DNA of 64,000 bases, taken from positions 124,001 through 188,000 of the IMG/VR virus record IMGVR_UViG_3300013116_000108, one strand, 5' to 3'. A program made the position numbers and the translations under genes. Below are positions 37,501 to 47,197 of this stretch, piece by piece. Each line of letters begins with the position of its first letter. Within the stretch, counting starts at the first letter, position 1. The notes below the pieces were generated by a model. It did no database searches and was not told the origin of the DNA. It saw only the letters and a program-made list of their open reading frames with translations.

Positions 37501-38516
37501 TAAAGATTCCTGTAAATTTCCGTTAAGAGATTTTTATCATAAAAATCTGTTTCGACTGCTTCGAGTTGACTGTATACAATACTGTCTACAGATTCAAAAT
37601 TAATTTCAACTGTTTCATCTACTTGAGTGTCTTCTAATTTTTGTTGTATTAAACTTAGTTCTCGTATGGGATATTTTTCCATAAAGTTTTCTCGTATGAA
37701 ATTTGCTTCTTCGTAACTAATTTCAATATCAAGCATAACCCTAGCATACGTTTTAGGTAATAGATACTTGTCTGGATCGTCAAGCAGTTGTCCTAGTTTT
37801 AGTGTTTTGTACTTAGGAGCATCAGGCCATGCTATATACTCAGGCTGTCCTCCCCACTCTAGTATCATTACACCTCTATCATCATCCCAAGCATCTGAAT
37901 AATTATGTGGGAAAGCGTTACCAATATATGTAATGTTTCCTCTTGTTTGTCGTTTGTGAAAGTGACCACTAAAAGCATGTTCTACTCCGCCAAAATCGTC
38001 GTCGTGTAGTTCGCCTATGTCGGGCATTTGTACCATAGCATTCATATAGAAATGAGGCAACTCTAAATGCCCAAACATATATTTGGCTTTAATTTTACTA
38101 ATACCCTTGTGTTCATCGCCTACTAACCAAGGTACAATAGCAACGTTACCGTCAACAGTAACATCATTGTAAATTTTAATATTGGGATAATTTTTAATCC
38201 ATGCTATAGAATTAAAGTCACGTTTATCACGATAGTATTCATCATGATTACCCGGAATGAATACAATTTTTTCAAATGCTTTGCTTAAAGCATCAATGGC
38301 TTTAATACTATAGTTAAGTGTAGCAACATTAATTGCCGCTCTATGATGATGCCAGTCGCCAAGAAATAAGCAAGTGTCACATTCTTGTTCTTTACCTTGT
38401 TTGATCACCCATTCAACAAACTCTAAACAATCGTCATTAAACAATGTAGAATTAGACTTGTTACCAAAGTGAATGTCTGTAAAGGCTATCGCCTTTTTAA
38501 ATAAATTATCTGCCAT
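37500..38516 (-). CDS. gp47: Recombination endonuclease nuclease subunit, gp47 (Mre11/SbcD-like)
   Basis: DIHFG, GDWHH, GNHD, GHLE, SGHFH metallophosphoesterase motifs. Confidence 0.95.
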   Translation of the reverse strand: MADNLFKKAIAFTDIHFGNKSNSTLFNDDCLEFVEWVIKQGKEQECDTCLFLGDWHHHRAAINVATLNYSIKAIDALSKAFEKIVFIPGNHDEYYRDKRDFNSIAWIKNYPNIKIYNDVTVDGNVAIVPWLVGDEHKGISKIKAKYMFGHLELPHFYMNAMVQMPDIGELHDDDFGGVEHAFSGHFHKRQTRGNITYIGNAFPHNYSDAWDDDRGVMILEWGGQPEYIAWPDAPKYKTLKLGQLLDDPDKYLLPKTYARVMLDIEISYEEANFIRENFMEKYPIRELSLIQQKLEDTQVDETVEINFESVDSIVYSQLEAVETDFYDKNLLTEIYRNL

Positions 38517-38561
38517 TATACCAACCTGTTTACAACATTATTACACAAAGTAAATGCTTTG

Positions 38562-39485
38562 TCAATCTTTTTCTTCTAAATCTTTCCCGTCATCTGTTTC
38601 CTCATAAGGCTTGCCGTGTTCTTGTTCCCATTCTTCAGCCGTCCATCTTCTCATTTCACTATTTGGATTTTTAAGTATCATCTTTCCTGATTTAATATCG
38701 TTCTCTGTTTGTCTTGTAAAACTTGGCATCAGCCCTGCTTCTTCTAAAATGTCATCTCGGATAATTTGATTTTTCTTTTCTAAATTTAATACTCTTGTAA
38801 AACTATTTGTAATTGCCGCTGTATAATAAGCAAACGGATTTTGTGATTTAGACTCGTCAAATTGTAAACCAATTTGTGCCAGTTGTAGCAATGCTGTACT
38901 TCGCATTTCGTCGTTGTAAGTATATCCTCTCCAATTTGATCTTGTAGCATATCTTTCACATAACTTTATAAACATTTTGGCTAAATTAGGATTAATGTTA
39001 CCGTGATCTTTATTAAAATATCCATTTTCTAGGCCGCCCTCCCAGTGACTCTTGCCAACCATTATTAATTCTCCACTAACTTCGTCAAATCTATAATGAA
39101 CAAATGGGGGGAAATTACACCTAACATGACGGTCTGCTAATGTTTTAGGATTCTTTTTTCTACCCGGCTCTTCTGGTATGTGATCAAATGTCATAACACG
39201 AAATACTACTTCATGTTTTTGGATTTTTTTCCAATCAATCGCAAATTCTGCCTGTTTTACTTTTTGTCCAGATTCAATTGCCTCTGTATAGGCAAGTTTT
39301 GCTAGTCGATCTGCCCGGTTTCGTTTTGCTTCGGCTGTGGTTCTTATATTAATTCTATCTACGCTTGGTAGAATAATATCATATTGTGAGTCAGTTTCGT
39401 CGTCTATATATGAACTGTAACTGTTCTTACTGTTGTGTATCTCCTTCAAAAGATCTCTATTATTTAAATATTTTTTTCTGGCCAT
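38562..39485 (-). CDS. gp55: Late-transcription sigma factor, T4 gp55-like
   Basis: YLNNRDLL, NWRGYTYNDEM, FDESKSQNPFAYYT...NSF motifs; upstream of gp47/46. Confidence 0.8.
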   Translation of the reverse strand: MARKKYLNNRDLLKEIHNSKNSYSSYIDDETDSQYDIILPSVDRINIRTTAEAKRNRADRLAKLAYTEAIESGQKVKQAEFAIDWKKIQKHEVVFRVMTFDHIPEEPGRKKNPKTLADRHVRCNFPPFVHYRFDEVSGELIMVGKSHWEGGLENGYFNKDHGNINPNLAKMFIKLCERYATRSNWRGYTYNDEMRSTALLQLAQIGLQFDESKSQNPFAYYTAAITNSFTRVLNLEKKNQIIRDDILEEAGLMPSFTRQTENDIKSGKMILKNPNSEMRRWTAEEWEQEHGKPYEETDDGKDLEEKD

Positions 39486-39524
39486 TTATTGACTCCTTAA
39501 ATTATATACTCATATAATAACACA

Positions 39525-39532
39525 TATAAATA
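39525..39532 (+). promoter_or_regulatory. Late promoter TATAAATA for baseplate operon
   Basis: Perfect consensus 34 nt upstream of ATG 39567. Confidence 0.7.
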
Positions 39533-39566
39533 CAAAGAGCAAGAACTAAAAAGGATTTAATTAACT

Positions 39567-40286
39567 ATGGCAAATAGTAGCAACGATAAACGAAAAAAAG
39601 ACTTATTTTCGCAAGTAGGCAAGAAATACTCTTGGGAACCATCCGAAGGTGGTCGGGATTTTTCTTATCATCGGTATTCTGTTGAGAAGAAAAGAGTAAA
39701 ACTATCGTTGCCTCCTAAAACTAAAAACCTTTTTTATGATGGTGCTAATGAGTACGATCGTTGGTTATTAGAACCACTTAAAAAAGTAAACGGTGTTATA
39801 TTTCCGTTTGTACCACAAATTATTATTAACAATGCCGCTAATTATAGTGCTCAAAGCCCTGCTCATACTAATTATCCATATCAGGTTTACCAGAACTCTA
39901 GTATTGGAACCGTTAACTTATTTGGACAGTTTTCAGCACAAACACAAGATGAAGCAAAGTATGTTAGAGCAGTTATCTTGTTTATGAGACTAGTAACAAA
40001 AAGTTTTAGAAATAATGATCCTAATGCTGGTAATCCTCCAATTATACTAAGGTTAACCGGACACGGTAGCAATTTACTACCTAATGCTCCAGTAGTTGTT
40101 CAATCATTTGATTTAACATTGCCTAATAGTGTAGATTATATTACAATTCTTGATCATAAAAAAGATAGAATACCTACAATGACTGATATCTCTATAACAA
40201 TGACACCTATTTACAGTAGATCTGATCTTACACAATTCTCAATGGACGACATAGCAAACGGTAAGAATTTGAAAGGATTTATGTAA
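39567..40286 (+). CDS. Baseplate/tail-tube initiator-like protein (gp48/gp54-like)
   Basis: GVIFPFVPQI...Y..HTNY...G.PP.I..L.G.G...P.VV.SF tube-fold pattern; position before gp53. Confidence 0.55.
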   Translation: MANSSNDKRKKDLFSQVGKKYSWEPSEGGRDFSYHRYSVEKKRVKLSLPPKTKNLFYDGANEYDRWLLEPLKKVNGVIFPFVPQIIINNAANYSAQSPAHTNYPYQVYQNSSIGTVNLFGQFSAQTQDEAKYVRAVILFMRLVTKSFRNNDPNAGNPPIILRLTGHGSNLLPNAPVVVQSFDLTLPNSVDYITILDHKKDRIPTMTDISITMTPIYSRSDLTQFSMDDIANGKNLKGFM

Positions 40287-40585
40287 TGGCTAAGTATCTT
40301 GCAACTAGTCCTTATTTTAATACAACAAAAGGTATAAACCAATTAAATGTATTAGCAAAAAGAAATGTCCCTTCAAGCAATAACGATCGTGTGTATACAA
40401 TAGCAAAAGAGTATGAACATCGACCAGACTTATTAGCATATGACTTGTACGGTGACGTAAATTTATGGTGGGTGTTTACTAACAGAAACCCTGACGTAAT
40501 TAAAGATCCTATATTTGACTTCTTGTCAGGAACTACTATCTACTTGCCACAACAAAATTTGTTAAAAGAATCACTAGGAATTTAA
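40286..40585 (+). CDS. gp53: Baseplate wedge protein, gp53-like (LysM-like)
   Basis: RPDLLAYDLYG...LWWVF..RN motif. Confidence 0.8.
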   Translation: MAKYLATSPYFNTTKGINQLNVLAKRNVPSSNNDRVYTIAKEYEHRPDLLAYDLYGDVNLWWVFTNRNPDVIKDPIFDFLSGTTIYLPQQNLLKESLGI

Positions 40586-40586
40586 A

Positions 40587-43154
40587 ATGTCTGATATCAG
40601 GCCTAACAAATTACATGAACTAGCATCATATAGTGTACAATATGACTTGTATATGATGCATCCTGAAGACTTTAATCACATACAAGATACACTTATGTAT
40701 AATGTAGATGGTGAAGGTAATTTACAATCATTAGCATTTCAGTTTGTTGAAAACAGTACTGATAGGTTATTAATAAGTTCAAGTGGGAATGTAACTGAAG
40801 AATCTAAGTGGCAATTACAAGCGGACGGCGGCGTTAATATTCTTTCATCAAAAACAAATAGACATTTCGTAGGAAAAAATTATCATATAGATAATATCAG
40901 TATTAACAGTTATATTTCACCTAGTAAAAAAACAGGCGGAGCAAAATATACAAATGCTACATTAACTATATCTGAACCATATGGTGCTACACTAATTGAA
41001 AATTTAATAAAAGCAACAGTAGATTTAGGACAAAAAAAATATCATGAGATGCCTTACATGTTAAAATTAACATTTAAGGGGTGGGATCAAGACGGAAACG
41101 TATCAAGTACACAATTTCAAAACTTAACAACTAAATGGCTCATGGTAAAAATTGGTAATATTGATTTTAAAGTAGATCAAGACGGTACAAATTATACTAT
41201 CGAAATGTTTAATTACTCGGATACTGCGTTTGGAATGGTGTACGGGTCTTTACCTGCTGATATACAAGTTAATGCTAAAACTTTAGGAGAATTTTTCCAA
41301 TTCCAAGATATAGGTGATATGAGCGATGGCGGTAGTGGGTATGTTGGAGGTAGTGATGGTAATATCGGTGTCACTGAAACTAAAACAATGACCTCAAGTG
41401 CTAACGGACCTGTAGGTCAAGGTAATTCTACTGAAACTGTTACAGGTACATATGCTACATCTAAAACATACAAAAGTTTCGCGTCAATTCTAAATACACC
41501 TGATAAAGATTTTAAAGGATTACAAGATACATACGCTTTTGCTTTAGACGTTGGATGTGGTCCTGAAGCCTTAACAGCATTTAAATATGCGATGATATTA
41601 AAAGCAGATTCTTTAGATGCTAACAATATGCCAGTATACTCAGATCTTATAACAGCGGCCGGCATTGAAACTGCTGGAATTTCTGCTAATCCTAATGCTC
41701 CAGGATCAACAGCATTACAACTTAGTAAAGGTATGGGTATTGAAACTATCCTTAAAACAGTAATATCAACTAGTACGTTTATGACCAATCAAGTTACTGT
41801 TAAGCCTAACCCTAACGGCATGTGGAACGGCCCACCAGGCAGTCCGGGGGCACCACCGGCAGTAATATATACATTAGATGAAGATACTCCGCTGTGGCTG
41901 TATAAGTTAACTCCTGTGATTAGAATTGGCAGTTGGGACGAAGTAAGAAATCAATATCAAAAGCATATTACATATGTTGTATCATTATTCAAATCAAATG
42001 GTAGAGCTGAAACGTCAACTCCTCTACATGGTATTACCGATGTTGTTAAATCTTATGATTATGTTTACACAGGACAAAATAAAGATGTACTAGAATTTGA
42101 CTTAGCATTTAATACAGCAGGACTTGATCAAAGAATTATAGGTGGATATAGAGAAGGCTTAGAAGCATCAGTGGATACAAATAACCTGCCGCCGAGTGTA
42201 AGGGCACAACAAGAGAGTAATAATCCGATCGCTCAGTACCATGTTGATCCTTTTACTACATCATATCATCATACTAGACACAAACAAGGAATTTGGGGGT
42301 CTGGTAGTGAGTCAGATTATCGAACTGTTATGGCTAGAAACTTTATGTCAAGAATATATCAAGGTGGTGCTGACCAATTAACCGCACAATTAACAATAGT
42401 AGGTGATCCAGATTTTATTACACAGCAAGAAGGTTTTGGTATATCAAAACATAGTTCATTATATGTAAATAATTCTGTTAATACACATAAAGATCCAATT
42501 ATAAAACTAAACTTTTTTACACCACCAGACATTAACACACAAACAGGTTTGTTAGAAACACATTCAGGATTAGGTGATGCTGTTTATGGTAAACATGAAA
42601 ATTTAATCGCAGGAAATACTATAAGTGTGTTTAGTGGATATTACAGAGTTCTAACAATTGAAACATCTATAGAAGATAATATATTTAGGCAAGTGCTAGA
42701 TATAATAAGAGTTGAAGTACAAGAAGAACCTACAGAAGAAGAAAAAGAATCTACATTAGACGCAGATATAGATGACGCTCAGAAAAAATTAGACAGAGAC
42801 AATAAAGAGGCTAAAAAGTATGATTCCTCTATCTACACTAGAATGACTAGTACATCAGAAATATCAGGTGGAAGTAGTAAACGTGTTTATTCTAAATACA
42901 TAGCAGGATATAGGTACAATGTTGGAGAGGATGCTGGTGTAGAAGCAGGATTAACTACAATGTCTAAGACTCAAATACAAGATGGAATTTATACCAAAAC
43001 TACTAAAAGAGTTGTTTACCCGGGCGGAGTAGGCAGGGAAACAACAGTTGATAATTCACTGCCTGAAGGTCAAAGGATTACTGTAAAACCTGTAGTTATG
43101 AAAGGTCCTCAAAGTTGGGCATACGATAAACCAAAGAATGATAGCCGTAAATAA
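40587..43154 (+). CDS. Baseplate hub protein (gp27-like position)
   Basis: Between gp53 and gp5; LTI.EPYG, YDY.YTG.N.DV, L.I.GDP, SG.YRV motifs. Confidence 0.55.
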   Translation: MSDIRPNKLHELASYSVQYDLYMMHPEDFNHIQDTLMYNVDGEGNLQSLAFQFVENSTDRLLISSSGNVTEESKWQLQADGGVNILSSKTNRHFVGKNYHIDNISINSYISPSKKTGGAKYTNATLTISEPYGATLIENLIKATVDLGQKKYHEMPYMLKLTFKGWDQDGNVSSTQFQNLTTKWLMVKIGNIDFKVDQDGTNYTIEMFNYSDTAFGMVYGSLPADIQVNAKTLGEFFQFQDIGDMSDGGSGYVGGSDGNIGVTETKTMTSSANGPVGQGNSTETVTGTYATSKTYKSFASILNTPDKDFKGLQDTYAFALDVGCGPEALTAFKYAMILKADSLDANNMPVYSDLITAAGIETAGISANPNAPGSTALQLSKGMGIETILKTVISTSTFMTNQVTVKPNPNGMWNGPPGSPGAPPAVIYTLDEDTPLWLYKLTPVIRIGSWDEVRNQYQKHITYVVSLFKSNGRAETSTPLHGITDVVKSYDYVYTGQNKDVLEFDLAFNTAGLDQRIIGGYREGLEASVDTNNLPPSVRAQQESNNPIAQYHVDPFTTSYHHTRHKQGIWGSGSESDYRTVMARNFMSRIYQGGADQLTAQLTIVGDPDFITQQEGFGISKHSSLYVNNSVNTHKDPIIKLNFFTPPDINTQTGLLETHSGLGDAVYGKHENLIAGNTISVFSGYYRVLTIETSIEDNIFRQVLDIIRVEVQEEPTEEEKESTLDADIDDAQKKLDRDNKEAKKYDSSIYTRMTSTSEISGGSSKRVYSKYIAGYRYNVGEDAGVEAGLTTMSKTQIQDGIYTKTTKRVVYPGGVGRETTVDNSLPEGQRITVKPVVMKGPQSWAYDKPKNDSRK

Positions 43155-43156
43155 AA

Positions 43157-44539
43157 ATGAAAAAAGTAATTAACCAAACAGATCCATTAAGAACAGGACA
43201 AGGATTTACACAAGCAACTCTGCCTGGTGGTCCATATATTGCTGAAGTTAAATCAGTAGGCGACCCTATGAAAAATAACAGAGTATCTGTGGCACTATTA
43301 GACACTAGTGACCACACTAGTAATGACGACCCTACACACTGGATTGATGTTGGAATTGCCTTACCTCATTATGGTATTACACCACATTCAACAAAAGGTA
43401 GTTCTCGTAGTGTTGAAGAATACGACGGTGGAAGTAGTTACGGTATAACAATTCCTGAACCTGATATTGGTACTAGGTGTTTAGTTGTTTTTGCTAATAG
43501 TGATAGAAGCAAAGGATTTATAATCGCATTTTTACCTAATACTTTTCAAAACACAACTACTGTAGGCAGAGGTGTTGCCAAACTCAAAGGAAAAATAGCA
43601 TTTAACGATGCGGACAAATCAGAATTTTACAGTTTAAGTACTATGTTTCCTGTGTTAGAGAAAAATTTAAAAACCTTAAAGTCAGTTTCAATTAGCGGAA
43701 TACAAAAATTGAAATGGAGTTTTGATAAACTTATGACTGATATTCTTATAACGCAAGGTTTATTATTAGACAGAGTAAGAGGAATCACATCATCTAGCAC
43801 AGAAAGGCAATCTCCTAATAGTGTTATTGGTATATCTTCAAAAGGTAGACAACTACCCGACCCAGCAGATAACATAGACATATTAAACAAATATATAACT
43901 GACCCAACTACTTTAACTCTTAGCGAAGTAGATACGTTATCAAGAAAGCCTGGACATAATTTAGTACTCGACGATGGCGGCATAGATGGTGAAAATAATT
44001 TAATTAGATTGCGTTCTAGTAAAGGTGCTCAAATACTATTACATGATACAAAAGATTTAATTTACATAGCAAATTCAAAAGGAACTTCATGGGTTGAAAT
44101 AACTTCAGCAGGTAAAATAGATATATTTGCTAGTGACTCAGTTAGCCTACATACAAAAGGTGACTATAATATTACAGCAGATAGAAATTTAAATTTAAAA
44201 GCCGCAAACATTAACTTAGAATCAACTGGTGCTACTGATATTGTAACAACAGGCATTACATCAATTGACTCTGGAGGAGTAATAGGATTAACATCAGGCG
44301 GAAACATATTACAAAAAGGTACACAAATACATCTCAATTCAGAAGATAATCAACCACCAGCACATACTGGACAATCTCCAGCAAGAGTACCAAATAAAGA
44401 ACCATGGGGACAACACGAAGATTATGATCCAGAATCGTTTACACTTGAAAAAACAGCAGTAGGTACAGAATCACAAGTAAGTGTTAAACTAAACACCGAT
44501 GGAACTATAACAACTGGTACTAGTACTACAGGAGAATAA
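43157..44539 (+). CDS. gp5: Baseplate central spike, gp5/VgrG-like (OB fold + beta-helix, no lysozyme domain evident)
   Basis: V....DP....RV.V, SYG...PDIGT.CLV.F, GH.LV.DDG, IRLRS..G.QILLHD and beta-helix repeats. Confidence 0.75.
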   Translation: MKKVINQTDPLRTGQGFTQATLPGGPYIAEVKSVGDPMKNNRVSVALLDTSDHTSNDDPTHWIDVGIALPHYGITPHSTKGSSRSVEEYDGGSSYGITIPEPDIGTRCLVVFANSDRSKGFIIAFLPNTFQNTTTVGRGVAKLKGKIAFNDADKSEFYSLSTMFPVLEKNLKTLKSVSISGIQKLKWSFDKLMTDILITQGLLLDRVRGITSSSTERQSPNSVIGISSKGRQLPDPADNIDILNKYITDPTTLTLSEVDTLSRKPGHNLVLDDGGIDGENNLIRLRSSKGAQILLHDTKDLIYIANSKGTSWVEITSAGKIDIFASDSVSLHTKGDYNITADRNLNLKAANINLESTGATDIVTTGITSIDSGGVIGLTSGGNILQKGTQIHLNSEDNQPPAHTGQSPARVPNKEPWGQHEDYDPESFTLEKTAVGTESQVSVKLNTDGTITTGTSTTGE

Positions 44540-44541
44540 TT

Positions 44542-45663
44542 ATGGCGAAGGTAACTAGGGTAGGAGTTGACTCGCATCTTGGACACGCTTCACCTACTCC
44601 AAATCCATATCATGTAACACCGTATGCTACGGGTTCTAGTGACGTTATAACAAATGATCAAAATACTGTAAGAGTAGGAGACGTAACGGCTTGTGGCGAT
44701 CCTGCTGTTGGAAGTAGTTCATCAGTTTTTATAAACGGTCGCGGAGTACATAGGCAAGGAGACATTACAGGAGGACACGGCAGTTGGATACCTAATGCTT
44801 CTGCTAGTGGAAGTGATACTGTATTTGCCGGTGACTATGCTACTGAAGATTTAGGAGACGATACTATTGTATATCGTTTACCGCCTTTAGAAACACCCGA
44901 GCCTGTTGAGGGCGAACCAGATTCTATATACATGAAAAGTCATACACCTGGCGGCGGTGCTTTACCTCCTAGAGTAGATGGTGGTCCTGTTGTTGCGGCA
45001 GGTAATTCCGATCAAGCAACAGAAAATTTTGAACCAGGACCTCCAGGAGATTGTACAAGAAAAGACATTGGATCAGTTTCGTCTAAGTATGAATCAAATG
45101 GTAATGCTAGTGCTATAGGGCACGACTCAACAGGTGGATGGAGTTGGGGAGCATATCAAATTGCTACTAAAGTAGGAACATTTAAAAACTATATGAACTT
45201 TTTAAACAAACGATACAATGCCATTTATAATGAGTTAGAGAGTGTAGGCGGAAACTCAGCATTTACACAGGGTACAGATTCAGCAAAAGCAAAGTGGAAA
45301 GAACTTAAATCAAATCCAGACTTCTTACAAAGTCAACATGACTTTATCCAAGTAACACACTACGATAAACTTGTAGCAAAAATTAAATCACAAACAGGCT
45401 TAGATATCTGTGATGGCACACATTGTAATGGTTTACAAGATGCTATATGGAGTATATCTGTACAACACGGCCCAGGTTCTAGTATACCTAAAAAAGGAAT
45501 TACAGCCGCCGGCGAAGGTGCTACTGATGTACAATTAATTAATGCTATCTATGATGAACGTGATAACGTAAACAAATATTTTGCTTCTTCAACCGCGGCT
45601 GTTAAGTCGTCTGTTGCTAATAGATTTGCTCAAGAAAGAGCAGACTGCTTGTCTATTTGCTAG
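44542..45663 (+). CDS. PAAR spike-tip protein fused to lysozyme-like muralytic domain
   Basis: N-terminal PAAR pattern (RVGD..ACG....GSSSVFING..VHR.GD...H); C-terminal SKYESNG...SWGAYQ...SVQHGPG. Confidence 0.75.
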   Translation: MAKVTRVGVDSHLGHASPTPNPYHVTPYATGSSDVITNDQNTVRVGDVTACGDPAVGSSSSVFINGRGVHRQGDITGGHGSWIPNASASGSDTVFAGDYATEDLGDDTIVYRLPPLETPEPVEGEPDSIYMKSHTPGGGALPPRVDGGPVVAAGNSDQATENFEPGPPGDCTRKDIGSVSSKYESNGNASAIGHDSTGGWSWGAYQIATKVGTFKNYMNFLNKRYNAIYNELESVGGNSAFTQGTDSAKAKWKELKSNPDFLQSQHDFIQVTHYDKLVAKIKSQTGLDICDGTHCNGLQDAIWSISVQHGPGSSIPKKGITAAGEGATDVQLINAIYDERDNVNKYFASSTAAVKSSVANRFAQERADCLSIC

Positions 45664-45793
45664 TTTTATCAGAATTTTTCTTTGCTAATGGCCTAGCAAC
45701 ACTATCTTTTGAACGTTTTCTAAGTTGTGCTAAAGCACTTGCTTTACGTTTTAGTTCTGCTAAGGGTTTCTTTAAATCCCATTTAAAGTTCAT
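45653..45793 (-). CDS. Small basic peptide, 46 aa (below ORF-track cutoff)
   Basis: MNFKWDLKKPLAELKRKASALAQLRKRSKDSVARPLAKKNSDKTSK; strong AAGGAGG SD; follows riboswitch. Confidence 0.7.
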   Translation of the reverse strand: MNFKWDLKKPLAELKRKASALAQLRKRSKDSVARPLAKKNSDKTSK

Positions 45794-45816
45794 ATCACCC
45801 TCCTTATGTTAAGTTA

Positions 45817-45865
45817 GGTGCGTTCCTTCGGCGTATGCCTACTTCCGGCCTAATGGCTGAACGGT
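45817..45865 (-). promoter_or_regulatory. Glutamine riboswitch (glnA / Downstream-peptide type)
   Basis: ACCGTTCA-GCC-ATTA-GGC-CGGAAGTA-GGC-ATAC-GCC-GAAG-GAACGC: P1 CGTTC/GAACG, two short stems, GGAAGTA/GAAG core of the glnA motif. Confidence 0.8.
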
Positions 45866-45870
45866 AAGGA

Positions 45871-45877
45871 TATTTAG
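45871..45877 (-). promoter_or_regulatory. Late promoter CTAAATA directly ahead of riboswitch
   Basis: Predicted +1 (45865) is the first base of the aptamer. Confidence 0.55.
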
Positions 45878-45904
45878 TTATTTGTTGTGGCAAAAATGCC
45901 ACAA

Positions 45905-46444
45905 TTATTCTCCTTTTACGGTAATCCCTAATTGAGTCATTTTGCTTGTTGCTTGTTCTACTGAACCAATAGAAGCACATGCTTCTTTAATTACTGTAAC
46001 ATTGTAACCTAGTTTAACAGCATCTGTGGCGCTCCATGCCACACAATAATCATATGCTACACCAACAAAGTCTAAATCTGTAATACCGAGTTGTTGTAGA
46101 TATCCGTGTAAGCCTGTTGTTGTAGTATGATCGTTTTCGTAGAAAGCACTATAACTATCTATGTGTTGTCTAAACCCTTTACGAACAATTAATTGTGCTT
46201 TGTGTGTATCTAATTCGTCTACACATTCAGCACCTTTTGTATTTGCTACACAATGAACTGGCCATGTTGTTTCAAAACTACTGTGGTTTTTTGGATGCCA
46301 ATCTTGTGTAATAATAATGTGCGAATATTGATCTTGTAATTCATTTATCTTTGGTATAACGTTCTCAGCGCCTTCAACAGGTAAACTTCCCCAACTCATA
46401 AAGTCGTTTTGAACATCAACTATTATTAATGCTTTATTTTCCAT
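45905..46444 (-). CDS. pncA: Nicotinamidase/pyrazinamidase
   Basis: DVQNDF...GSL.V, QDWHP.NH.SF, WPVHCV, RKG....DSYSAF, GVA.DYCV; likely start MENKAL at 46444. Confidence 0.9.
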   Translation of the reverse strand: MENKALIIVDVQNDFMSWGSLPVEGAENVIPKINELQDQYSHIIITQDWHPKNHSSFETTWPVHCVANTKGAECVDELDTHKAQLIVRKGFRQHIDSYSAFYENDHTTTTGLHGYLQQLGITDLDFVGVAYDYCVAWSATDAVKLGYNVTVIKEACASIGSVEQATSKMTQLGITVKGE

Positions 46445-47177
46445 ACATGTCATAATACCACCTAGCATGAATATTTTGTAGAGAAAAATATTCATCGTCC
46501 ATCCATTCAGGGTTACTTTTTAATATGTTTACTTCAATACAACTTGATGTTTCTGCTAATACCCATTCCGCACTTTGTTTTATAATTTCGTCTGGGTGTA
46601 ATACATATGTTTTATCAATATATGGTCGTTCACCTTCTAGTTGTTCACCATCTGTTGTGCTAACATTAACAAACAAACTACTTACTATATTGTTGTGTTC
46701 ATTATCACCATAAAACTTTCTATACAATCCTCGCAATATATCTTTTGCTTTTGTAAAACTGTTCCAATAAGGAATATCATATAAATCAGCAGTTGAACCT
46801 ATTGCTACAATTCGTAGATGCTCTGAATTATTTCCTAGTTTATATAATGCAGGAGTTATGTTAACAAATGTAGTTACATTGCTATGAAATATGCTGTCAT
46901 CTAAGCCGTCACCGTCATTATCTATAACAGGATGATTCTCATCTTCAAATCTAAACTCTCCAGGTAAGTGTATATACACAACTAATCTATCTGATATTTC
47001 ACTAAAGAAATCTTCAGGCACAGGCGACATTAAGTCACATGTCATGTGTGTATATTCTAATCCATCAACAGGAGTTTCACTACGACTAATGCCGTAAATT
47101 TTTCCGTAATTTTTTAGGTGGTGGGCATATGCTAACCCAATATCTGATCTTATGCCAGCAATAACAAATGATATCAT
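46434..47177 (-). CDS. Divergent short-chain dehydrogenase/reductase-like protein
   Basis: IAGIRSDIG Rossmann start, GISRS, CDL, IVAIGS; catalytic YxxxK appears as FTKAK. Confidence 0.6.
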   Translation of the reverse strand: MISFVIAGIRSDIGLAYAHHLKNYGKIYGISRSETPVDGLEYTHMTCDLMSPVPEDFFSEISDRLVVYIHLPGEFRFEDENHPVIDNDGDGLDDSIFHSNVTTFVNITPALYKLGNNSEHLRIVAIGSTADLYDIPYWNSFTKAKDILRGLYRKFYGDNEHNNIVSSLFVNVSTTDGEQLEGERPYIDKTYVLHPDEIIKQSAEWVLAETSSCIEVNILKSNPEWMDDEYFSLQNIHARWYYDMYGK

Positions 47178-47197
47178 GTTTTTCTTTCTCTTAAAAT

